From: Macrostomum lignano
Taxonomy: Eukaryota
Length of the DNA stretch: 64,000 bases
Assembly: GCA_002269645.1 (NCBI GenBank)
Contig: NIVC01000709.1
Coordinates: forward strand, 124,001-188,000
Direction: 5' to 3'
Part shown: in pieces, positions 37,032 through 48,321 of the stretch
Position numbering within the stretch: the first letter of the stretch is position 1
How the letters are laid out: the number at the start of each line of letters is the position of its first letter
Notes under the pieces: generated by a model
Told to the model about the DNA's origin: nothing
Seen by the model: only the letters and a program-made list of their open reading frames with translations
Databases searched by the model: none
Program-made: the position numbers and the translations under genes

Positions 37032-40000
37032 TCACATGGCAGTCATGTTCTCCATGGCATAGTTGGGAACGCCGTTGTGGTGGTGCTGCTTCATGTGGTT
37101 GAACCGGTCGTAGTTGATGGCCACCTCCGGCAGCATCTCGGAGGCACCGATTTCTGGCACGGCGTTGTCTGTTAAAAACGAAAAGTGGAGCCAGGTTTTA
37201 TTGAACTTCGGGAGTACTGTGTCTGAGAGCTGCATTACTGCAGTATAAGTAATTTGTATTCCAGGGGATGAAAAGAAACTCAGACTGAACTGCACTAATC
37301 GTCCTTCTCACCTTCCTTCCAGCCGTGGCCGTAGGCAGTCAGAGGATAGGCCATCTCGCCGTGCTTAGGGAAATCCAGACCTGAAATTGGGAAACGTTAG
37401 GAAAAGACTCTATGAACTTTTCACGCCCTCACGACCAACTTTTATGTGCAGCGTTGAACCAGAGGCTTCAGGAAGCCTTTGAACAAAGGAAACTCTCACC
37501 TTTGATCTCGTACTCCCTGCTGACTCGGAACACCTTGAGCAGGCGAAGTATGCCGAACACGATGATGGAGACGCCGCCGCTCCACGCCGTGATGGCCAGA
37601 ACGCCGACGAGCTGCACGGCCAGGTCGAGTCCGCTCTGCTGGTCGAAGGTCATCACGATGCCCCGGCTGCGGTGCAGGAAGGCTACCGCGATGACGCCCC
37701 AGAGACCTCCGCCGTAGTGCACGGCCACCGCGTCAAGCGGGTCGTCGATCTTGAGCGCCAGCAGCAGCATGGACCAGCAGGTGTAGGAGATGGCGGCGAA
37801 GAAGCCGATGATGCAGGCGCCCCACGGATAGACGACGTCGCAGCCGGCGCAGATGGCCACCATGCCGGCCAGGCCGCCGTTGATTGTCTGCAGCAGCGAC
37901 CAGTGCGGTCCGCGGATGCGCCCGAGCAGCAGGGTGGCAAAGGCAGCGACGCTGCCGCTGAGGATCGTGTTGACCATCGCGATGGCCACGACAGAGCCGT
38001 CTCCTGAATTCGAGATCGATAGCTGGCTGCCGCCGTTGAAGGCGAAGAAGCCGAAGAACAGGATGAAGCCGCCGAGAGAGGCGAGCGGCACCGAGTGGCC
38101 GCGGATATCGAGCGGCTTCTTGGTTTCGTCGTCGAAGCGTCCGATTCGCGGGCCGAGGATGGCCGCCGCCACGAAAGCTGCGCAGCCTCCGGTGACGTGG
38201 ACGACTCCGGAGCCGGCGAAATCCTGGAGATTGGAGACATTTCATCAGGACTTTGAATTTGAATTTGAGTGGAAAGTCGTTTTTGTAGGAAAATACATAA
38301 TTTTGAGTTGCTTTAAGTTGTTTTGACTACTCAGATCCTACATTCTAGAAAGAAAGTTTGAGTCCAAGATATTATTAGGGGCAGGGAACTATGCAATCCA
38401 CTCACGTGATAGGTAGAAACCAGGCTGCCGTTCTGAGCCTTGATGCCGATCGAGAGCCAGCCAATGTCGCCGTCCCAGGCCCAGTGCGACACGATCGGGT
38501 AGACGATGCCTGCGGTGCCGGGGTGTTGTTGGCGGTGTGACTTTGCAAATAGATTCTCGCAATTGGTCTCATTTTTATTTTTGTGGCTCGTATTTTATGA
38601 AATCACTGAACAGGGCGGGGCGTATAGTCATAGCTTGAGTCAGATTTTCGAACAGTACGAATTAAAAGTGCAAAGAGCGCAACCAGAGCCGGTAAATGCA
38701 AGTCGATCCATACAGAGCTGCGTTAGTGCCACGTTACACATGTAAAGGGCTCTCGGCAACTGCTTATTCAGTGCCTCGGAAAGTTACGCTTGGTCTGGCA
38801 GCATCCGTTTCCTCTCCATGCCTTGTGATCGCTATAAACCTGGCCATCTGCCCTACTGTCTGTGCATAATTAATGCTGAAAACCGCGCTAACGACTTTAG
38901 GCGTCGCCTCCCTATGCGTCTCGTTGCCCCTCACTTCCGCCCGCTCCCACATGAAATACGCGATCGTGACTCGCGTGATGAAAACAAGCGACACTGCACT
39001 GCTCAAAAAGAAGCCAGCTCAGTAGTTATATTTGCATTAATATCTATCTACGGTATACTTCTAAGCATAATTAATATTGTTAGCGAGTCTTAGTTTATGC
39101 AGGTATGCTGAGAAAAAGATAGAAGGCATCCTTACTTCTATTTCATTGCGACAGCACAGCGCTCCTTCATGCTTTGATAGGAGCGGTGTGAGAACAGCGA
39201 GAGATAAAGAGAAAAGAATGCAGATACAGCTTTAAAATGTTGTGGGGCATAAAATCCGTTTGCCTCAGAGTGCGTTTCACGCAGAGGTCAGAAGAGTATT
39301 GCAGCAAAAACTCAAAACTTGATTGCTAGTCTAGCAAGCCGTGCAAAATGCATTGTGAAGCGGATTGAAAAGGCTCGAGTATGGAGTATGGAACTTGCTA
39401 GTTGGCCTTCCATCTCTGCCTCATCTCTCTGAGCGGCAACTTCTCTACTCTGGCGGTTCGGTCCTTCTTTTATTGTTCACTTTTAGCCAAGGCTAAGAGC
39501 TTGCAATCTGCAGCCTTTCCTGGGAAGGGGGGACGCTGCAGTCGTATTTGTTATTGCAGCGCTGGAAACTGGCGAACACGAGACCAAACCAAAAGATGGG
39601 CTGGGCAGGGGCGAGGGCTTTGTCACAATTGTGTGCCTTTTGGAAAATTTCTGTTTACTAAAGACTAAAGAATGCAACTCCGGGGCTGCTCTACATACGA
39701 TGTCTGTCTGCCCGCCTGCTTAAATATATCTGCAATGCTGGGCGGGCAGGGGGCGGTGCAATGGGTGGCGCGACCCCCTGTGCAAGTACAGCTGATACTA
39801 AAAATCCAAAGAAACGTTAAACAAAGAAGAAAAGAATTATTTTACTCCGTTGCTACTAGTCTTAACAGTCGTTTCAATCTTTGCGGGCCTTCGGTATCTG
39901 TGTCGTTTTCTTCAACAGTGACAGGGTGAAACAAGTCGCCAAGGATGTAATTTTATCTATTATGTTTAGGGAAAGCTTGGGACTTCTTGTATTACTCGCT

Positions 40001-40526
40001 GCTGTTGAATTGTTGATTGCTAATGCAGACATTTATATTTGTGTAATACTCGTAAATAGACAAACGGAAAAGAAGGCTGCTCACCCGTAATGATGAAGGA
40101 GTAGGTGATGTAAGCCAGGAACTCGCACCTCTCTGCTACAGCACCGGAAACGATCGTAGCGGCAGTGGCGGCAAAGACGAACTGGAAGAACCAGTGGGAG
40201 AACTTCGATTCGGGCAGGTAGGACATGGCAAAGTAGCCGCTGCCGCAGAACGGGTTTCCGTTCGGAGCTCCGAACGCCAGGCCGTAGCCGATTACGTAAT
40301 AGGCGATGCCGCCGATGAACGAGTCCAGGATGTTCTTGATCAGGATGTTTGTAGTATTTTTCGAACGTACGGCGCCCGCCTCCAGGAAGGCGAAGCCGCA
40401 CTGCATGAAGTACACGACAATGGCCATGGTGCACAAGAAGAAGGAGTCCAGGGATTCGTTGGTTCCCCGGATCTGCGTCTTCAGCTCCTGTAGAGTTCCG
40501 TTGAGTAATTCGGCAGACGAAGCCAT
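37032..40526 (-). CDS. Ammonium transporter (Amt/MEP family), copy A, 5 exons, 491 aa
   Basis: Exons 40526-40085, 38509-38406, 38223-37500, 37380-37312, 37168-37032, GT-AG with consistent phases. Motifs FMQCGFAFLEAGAVRSKN, FFQFVFAAT, DFAGSGVVH, GFFAFNGGS, DDPLDAVAVH; both conserved His present. Confidence 0.97.
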
Positions 40527-41784
40527 GGTGCGTCTTGCTGGTAAACAGCAAAATGAGAGTCTCGATCAGCCCAGTTCAGGTTGCAACTCGCCCTTCTACT
40601 CTGCTTTTCAGACTATTGAATTGTCGAAGCAAGTACGTTTTTTTAAATAGACAAACGCTGCAGCCATTGGTCAAGAAGCCCATGCGGCTCATACGGGAGA
40701 GGAGGGTGAAGTGAGAGGGTAGGCTGTTCAGTGTATGCAGACGCAAGCACGAGATCTGGTCGAAATAAAGCCGCGTGCAGTGAGTTGACTGCGCACACAA
40801 ACCCCCATCTCCCACCTCCGATTAATTATTAACGATCTGAGAAACCCTGTAATTATCAAGCCGCCGACTCACCAATTAAGGAGAAAGTTTAACAAATAAA
40901 ATAACTCGTAGTTATGAATTTTGTAACGTAGACCGACAGCTCCAACTCTCAGCACGATGGATGGAGGGTCGCGACTATAGCTAAGGGTGGAGCTCAATTT
41001 AGTACTTGTGCCTTGTGGCTTGTAGCTTGAGTAGCAAATCGCTTCTTACCTACTCGCTTCAGAATAGTTATACAGCTGATTCTCGATTTCACCTTGAATA
41101 ACTACCAGTACCTCCCGTGAGGCTTGTACTCGTTTGATGACTGATTTGTCCAGCGGATACTAACACCACCCTAGGAGCATTGACAGAGCGATTGCAACTT
41201 CAGCTCACTACGCTGACGCAATGACACTATGTTTTCCAGCCTAACTCAGGCGCACTGGGTCTGGGTTGGCGGTTCTCAATGTTGCTGAGTGTACTTTAGC
41301 AGCTCGATTGATTGCTCGATGCAATTTGTGTTTGTGCAAGTACCTAAGTTAGACGCAATATTCAAAGTAGCTTTAACAAAACAAAAGAAAACTGATCATT
41401 CACTTGATGCTGAAAAGTTTCATTTAGTTATGGGAAATTTATCATTTTGAGTAGCTGGTGATAGAGTTATTTTTCATTCCCTTTGCATCAAGATCGATTG
41501 ATTAAGCATAAAACATATGCAATTAAAACAAGCACATCAACATCTAATAGATGCATGTACACTCACGGACACGCACACTCCGTGGGTGTACATAAAAGAC
41601 CATAATTACTATACCTAGATGTATTTTCAGCTACTAACATGTAGCTCGTAAGCTGGTCGTTAAATTGACTTAAGCCACAAGTGACATGCGTTGTAGGGTC
41701 TTCGCGAGCAATATTTTCTCTCATATTACAGACGTGAAGAGTAGGCTAGTGTAATTAGTTAATTGAGGTAAAAAACCTGACGGG

Positions 41785-42140
41785 CAAACGTCTGGTGGGT
41801 AAACGTCCGGTGAGCAAACTCCGGTGAGCAAACTTCCGGTGAGCAAACTTACGGTGAGCAAACGTCCGGTGAGCAAACGTCCGGTGAGCAAACTTCCGGT
41901 GAGAAAACTTCCGGTGAGCAAACTTCCGGTGAGCAAACTTCCGGTGAGCAAACTTCCGGTGAGCAAACTTCCGGTGAGCAAACTTCCGGTGAGCAAACTT
42001 CCGGTGAGAAAACTTCCGGTGAGAAAACTTCCGGTGAGCAAACTTTCGGTGAGCAAACTTTCGGTGAGCAAACGTCCAGTGAGCAAACGTCCAGTGAGCA
42101 AACGTCCAGTGAGCAAACTTCCGGTGAGCAAACATCCAGC
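41785..42140. repeat. 15-bp minisatellite ACTTCCGGTGAGCAA, about 23 copies
   Basis: Read directly; source of the spurious SKLPV and TGSLL ORFs. Confidence 0.95.
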
Positions 42141-42834
42141 GGGAAAATTTCTCACAGGCAAAGACAAACGGGGTGTATCTCGCTTTGCTGTTCAAACATT
42201 ATCTTATAGATTAATCGAGAAAACTGATCTGGGTAGCTTTAATCCGTTCGACCCTCGCGCACCGCTCCTCCCACTTCATTCCTCAACCCCAGTCTGCCGT
42301 GGCGTAGCTGAGTTGCGTCACTCGCAGAGATTGAGAGACTTGCCTGCACTCTCAAAAGTGGCGACCACAGACAGAATCTTCTGTGATGGCGACTATTCGA
42401 TGATTTTTCAGAAACGAATTGACCTGGGTCGGTTCTATTAGACCCCTTTTCTTGGGGGGGGGGGCAAAGTCCCTTTATTACGCGTATCTGCAGTGTTCTC
42501 TGGACCCTGCAGGCATTCTCGCGCCTGATGCAGCTTGATGTAAAATGCGTAAGATGAAGGTGCTTAAATGAAGTTTGCTTGAGACTAGCTCGTATAACGC
42601 AAGCAGATTTGTGGAACTCGCAGTAAATAGTAAGTAATTTATTGATTGCCGGTAGTGTACATGTAAATTAGATATTGACATGACATGACTGATTTCTTTT
42701 TAGTGTCCACGCACTTTTATTTTCTGAAGATACAAGTGGAGTAGGTGCATAAAACCTTAACAAAATATAAGACCTATTATACTATTGTTCACTATCACCG
42801 AGTTAATGGTTCACTCATCGTCGAGCTTTCAAAA

Positions 42835-45007
42835 TCACATAACAGTAGCATCTTCCATGGCGTCGTTTTGAGCTCCTTTGAGCTGATGGTGGCGAGTCAT
42901 GTTATGGAAACGGTCGTAGTTGATGAGCACCTCGGGCAGCATCTCTGTGGCTCCGATCTCCGGCACAACATTATCTAAAACGATGGCAATAGGATCAGTT
43001 GTTTGCTAAACCCTGATTTGTACCGTCAGTTACAGTTAGTTTAGTTATGCCTATATCAGGGTTAGATCAGCATTGAAAGGTTTCAAATGTCACCAATGCG
43101 AGCTACGGATCAAAAGACAAATATTAAAAACTACGAGCTATGTTCAAAGCCGATTTACATTAGATGCAGGTATGGCACCTGGAGCCGAAAGCTCACTCAC
43201 CTTCTTTCCAACCATGGCCGTACGAGGTCAAAGGATAGGCCATTTCTCCATGCTTTGGAAAGTCAAGACCTGTAGAGGTTAATAGAATTGAAAATAATAG
43301 AAACTGTCTGCCAAAACACCAGCAAAACAAGCAAACTTAGTCATTCACATCCCACAAAGCTGGCAATCGAAAAACTCCAAAAATCGTCTTTACAACCAAA
43401 TTGGAATACAGATCAACCATATTCAACGAACTCCGTCCTTTGACTTAGTCTTGGTCGGAATCACACTGATTAAAACCAAAAAGTTTCATAATCAATATTA
43501 AGCTTCTCACCTTTGATCTCGTACTCCCTGCTGACTCGGAACACCTTGAGCAGGCGAAGTATGCCGAACACGATGATGGAGACGCCGCCGCTCCACGCCG
43601 TGATGGCCAGAACGCCGACGAGCTGCACGGCCAGGTCGAGTCCGCTCTGCTGGTCGAAGGTCATCACGATGCCCCGGCTGCGGTGCAGGAAGGCTACCGC
43701 GATGACGCCCCAGAGACCTCCGCCGTAGTGCACGGCCACCGCGTCAAGCGGGTCGTCGATCTTGAGCGCCAGCAGCAGCATGGACCAGCAGGTGTAGGAG
43801 ATGGCGGCGAAGAAGCCGATGATGCAGGCGCCCCACGGATAGACGACGTCGCAGCCGGCGCAGATGGCCACCATGCCGGCCAGGCCGCCGTTGATTGTCT
43901 GCAGCAGCGACCAGTGCGGTCCGCGGATGCGCCCGAGCAGCAGGGTGGCAAAGGCAGCGACGCTGCCGCTGAGGATCGTGTTGACCATCGCGATGGCCAC
44001 GACAGAGCCGTCTCCTGAATTCGAGATCGATAGCTGGCTGCCGCCGTTGAAGGCGAAGAAGCCGAAGAACAGGATGAAGCCGCCGAGAGAGGCGAGCGGC
44101 ACCGAGTGGCCGCGGATATCGAGCGGCTTCTTGGTTTCGTCGTCGAAGCGTCCGATTCGCGGGCCGAGGATGGCCGCCGCCACGAAAGCTGCGCAGCCTC
44201 CAGTGACGTGGACGACTCCGGAGCCGGCGAAATCCTGTGAGCATTCGGAGATGATGAAGTGATTCTATCAGATATTTGTTTCTCTGATTTTCAGTCAGGA
44301 TCTAATATCAGAAATTTGATTTTGTCCCAAACTGTAGGCCAACGGCAGAATTAAGCCAGATCACTCACGTGAAAAGTGGAGGCCAGAGCGCCGTTGTGGG
44401 CGGTGATGCTGACTGACAGCCAGCCAACGCCTGTGTCCCAGACCCAGTGCGACACAATGGGGTAGAGAAAGCCTGCAGTTTGATGCGTCAAGTGAGTGTT
44501 AGTTTCCTTAATTAACTTTGTCGTGGGCTACTCACTCGTTTGTGAAAAATCTCTCTGTTACTCACCTGTGATAACAAAGGAGTAGGCTATGTAGGCCTTG
44601 AAGTCACACCTCTCTGCTACGGCCCCAGAAACAATTGTTGAAGCAGTGGCGGCAAAGACGAACTGGAAGAACCAGTGGGAGAACTTCGATTCGGGCAGGT
44701 AGGACATGGCAAAGTAGCCGCTGCCGCAGAACGGGTTTCCGTTCGGAGCTCCGAACGCCAGGCCGTAACCGATTACGTAATAGGCGATGCCGCCGATGAA
44801 CGAGTCCAGGATGTTCTTGATCAGGATGTTTGTAGTATTTTTCGAACGTACGGCGCCCGCCTCCAGGAAGGCGAAGCCGCACTGCATGAAGTACACGACA
44901 ATGGCCATGGTGCACAAGAAGAAGGAGTCCAGGGATTCGTTGGTTCCCCGGATCTGCGTCTTCAGCTCCTGTAGAGTTCTGTTGAGTAATTCGGCAGACG
45001 AAGCCAT
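42835..45007 (-). CDS. Ammonium transporter (Amt/MEP family), copy B, 5 exons, 492 aa
   Basis: Exons 45007-44566, 44472-44369, 44234-43511, 43269-43201, 42974-42835 (442/104/724/69/140 bp); same intron positions and motifs as copy A. Confidence 0.97.
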
Positions 45008-46645
45008 GGTGCGTCTTGCTGGTAAACAGCAAAATGAGAGTCTCGATCAGCCCAGTTCAGGTTGTTGCTAAGCAAATCCGCTCAATTTTTCGTCTCCATG
45101 CAGTGCAGGTCTCTTTAAACGCTGCCTGAATTAGACAGAAACGGTGTGCTGCAGCCTTTGGTCAAGGTGCAGCCGCGGATCATTAAGACATGGTTGAAGG
45201 AGCAGCGTGCATGAAGTAGTTGACTGGTAGAAGAAGCACGTCGGGGATGGAAACGTCATGCAACCCCTAACCGACGAGGCCACATGCAACTAAATAGAAG
45301 AGCTGAACTGCAACTGCCCTTCCCCCAGATATGTTTGAATGTGAAGGAACAATGTGAGCTCCTAATTTGTTGGTAAGATCCTACAAGAGCTCCACATGTA
45401 TGCTCAGCAACATTGAAAAGTCGCCATCACAAAAGATTCCGTCTGTGGTCGCCACTTTTGAGAGCGCAGGTAAAATCTCTATCGAAATGGTTGGCCCGGT
45501 GATGATAGACGCTGGTCGAAAGACGCTGCTCGCTGGGGCAGAGGGTTTTTTTTGCCCACTCAAGGTTGGCATAAGTTTACAAGTACTCGCTTACATCAGA
45601 CTTAATCAGTTCACTTCGAAAGAGCTGCAGAACTGAGTGAAACTGGAACGCAGTCCATACAAGTTGTGCTGGAGCATTGGAGTTGCTAAGATTTTTGGGC
45701 CTGCACACGAGCGACAGGCAGGCAGTACCAGCCGTATTCTGTAAGAGCATGCGTTACGCAACAGTTTCGAGAAAATCGCTCAAGATGGTCGCCTCAGCTA
45801 CTGTTGCACGTATATCAATTTACACTCCATCCAGGGACCTGTCACTCCCTTGGCTGACTGGAAGGTCAGAAGAAGGTCATTTGGAGTTGCGTCTCGCTCG
45901 TGCTGTTTACCAGTGCCGCCAGTCCCTAGAGAAAGAAATTCTCACGAAGGAATGTGTCCATAATTAAAGGCCAAATGTAATTAGAGCATTCCATAGCATA
46001 AATATGAATGCAATTAAATGCGATAAATGCTGGATTTCCCTTGTCAATTCAGCCTTATGTTGGAACTTTTATAGTTGCTCTCCGTGATAAATTTGAGCAG
46101 GAACTCTCGAATAATGACTCAAGAAGATGGAGAGGAGCTGGGTGTCCCATTTGTCCCACTTCAAAGCAGGCAATGGCGAGGCCAAGTGAAAAAATACGAA
46201 ATGGCAAAAATGTACTAAAAAAGGTCAGCACCCGTACGTACAAACGCGCATTACATACGGAAGAGTGTTGCATTGCAGTCTATATAATAAACGGCAGTTT
46301 GACGAAAACACAGCGCGGCAGCCTTGAGCTCAGGCACGTGACACGCAGCAAGCAGCTCAGCTCCCAACTATTCTCATAGCTATGCTGCCACATGCATATA
46401 TGCTTGCTCTCTCTCTGCCAACAATAGCAGAAATAAAATAAGAAAGCAGCCGGTCCCGCCGTTCTTGATCGATGGCAGAGTGAGTTTCCATTGCCGGGGT
46501 TTCCCACAGCAGCTCTCAAAGCAGGCAGAGAGGATAAATGAATTGACACAATGGCCGAATGCAGTTCTCTCGGCAGGAAATGGTCATAGCTACGAGTACC
46601 TGAGATAACAGTCAACTTGAGTCTCCCAGCGCCCTCTGCTTGCCA

Positions 46646-47504
46646 CATAGGCGTAGGAACGTTTCAAAAAGTGGGGGATATAGGGGGGAGGGGGCGTACA
46701 GGGTGCACGCATTTATATGGAAAATGCACATTATCATGTACCGATTATTTTCAGAATCGGTGTTGTCAGCACTCATTTTAGCGCCGCAGGCCCCATTTTA
46801 GCGTCGCAGGCACCCATTTTAGCGCCGCAGGCACCCATTTTAGCGCCGCAGGCACTCATTTTAGCGCTCACAGGCCCCATTTTAGCGCCGCAGCCACCCA
46901 TTTTAGCGCCGCAGGCACCCATTTTAGCGCCGCAGGCACTCATTTTAGCGCCGCAGGCACCCATTTTAGCGGCGCAGGCACTCATTTTAGCGCCGCAGGC
47001 ACCCATTTTAGCGCCGCAGGCACTCATTTTAGCGCCGCAGGCACCCATTTTAGCGGCGCAGGCACTCATTTTAGCGCTCACAGGCCCCATTTTAGCGCCG
47101 CAGGCACCCATTTTAGCGCCGCAGGCACCCATTTTAGCGCCGCAGCCACCCATTTTAGCGCCGCAGCCACCCATTTTAGCGTCGCAGGCACCCATTTTAG
47201 CGCCGCAGGCACCCATTTTAGCGCCGCAGGCACCCATTTTAGCGCCGCAGGCACCCATTTTAGCGCCGCAGGCACCCATTTTAGCGCCGCAGCCACCCAT
47301 TTTAGCGTCGCAGGCACCCATTTTAGCGCCGCAGGCACCCATTTTAGCGCCACAGACGCTATGTTTTGTCACCCTGCAGCAAAATGCATTGACGCAGAGC
47401 AGCAAAAATAAAAAATAAGAGTAAAAAATAAGGAAAAAGTCTACATTTTGTGTTTAAAAAGTGGGGGGGCGGGGGCCATGGCCCCACTGCCCCCCCCCCC
47501 GTTC
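46646..47504. mobile_element. Probable MITE with an internal 21-bp array
   Basis: Left end CATAGGCGTAGGAAC..AAAAAGTGGGGG; right AAAAAGTGGGGGGG..CCCCCCGTTC, where only GTTC of the expected inverted end remains. No TSD verified. Confidence 0.45.
46785..47352. repeat. 21-bp minisatellite CCCATTTTAGCGCCGCAGGCA, about 27 copies
   Basis: Read directly. Confidence 0.95.
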
Positions 47505-48049
47505 AAGCCAAACATTTAACCTCTTGGTGGAAACCATCTTCAGGCTGTCAATCTTGCTTGATGAAGCTTGAAACTGCATGGCCCCATGGTGAGGAATAAA
47601 TTCGGCAACAGAAATGAGAAAGTGGCTGTCCAGACTAGCAGCGGGTTAAATGTTATGCAGCATTCGATAAGCGCCAGTGCCAATCAGAAGAACTGGCCGC
47701 CGAAAATAAACACAAAAATTTATTTCAAATCTGCACAGGAAATCATTAAAATTAACAATTAAAGCAAAGGCGTTGCTGCTCTACTACAAGTAGCAGTACG
47801 AGTAAATTAGTGCCAAATTATCAAATGAATTTTTAGCATCGAATTGAAATGGCAAATACTGGCTTCACCTATATAGCTAGCACACTGTAGACTCAGTAGA
47901 GAATAATTTATGTCAATTACTGAGTCAATTACTGATTTAGACTCTAGATGGTTTTAACTGGATAGTCTCGGGGGTCTAACGATTCCAATTAGATGAACTG
48001 GTGTCTCAATTCACATCAATTCACAAATAGGTTCATTAAGGTCTCAATT

Positions 48050-48300
48050 AGGTCTATGATGACAAAGGTCTCAGGTCAATCAAGGTCACCATTAGGTCAA
48101 ATGACAAGGTCACAGGTCAATCAAGGTCACCATTAGGTCAATGATGACAAAGGTCTCAGGTCAATCAATTACCATTAGGTCAATGATGACAAAGGTCTCA
48201 GGTCAATCAAGGTCACCATTAGGTCAATGATGACAAAGGTCTCAGGTCAATCAATTACCATTAGGTCAATGATGACAAGGTCACAGGTCAATCAAGGTCG
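48050..48300. repeat. About 44-bp degenerate tandem repeat just 3' of PHYH
   Basis: GGTCACCATTAGGTCAATGATGACAAAGGTCTCAGGTCAATCAA, about 5-6 copies. Confidence 0.85.
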
Positions 48301-48321
48301 CGCCGCTGAAGTCATCGAAGG

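Noticed and set aside
41134-41220. Possible C/D box snoRNA (TGATGA...CTGA)
   Set aside because: Non-consensus C box, no terminal stem, no recognisable rRNA guide, and intergenic position.
37412-45071. Overlapping and antisense ORFs over the Amt, POT, esterase and PHYH exons
   Set aside because: Expected shadow ORFs of GC-rich coding sequence.
45677-45967. 96-aa ORF upstream of Amt copy B
   Set aside because: No motif recognised, no ATG start, no splice support.
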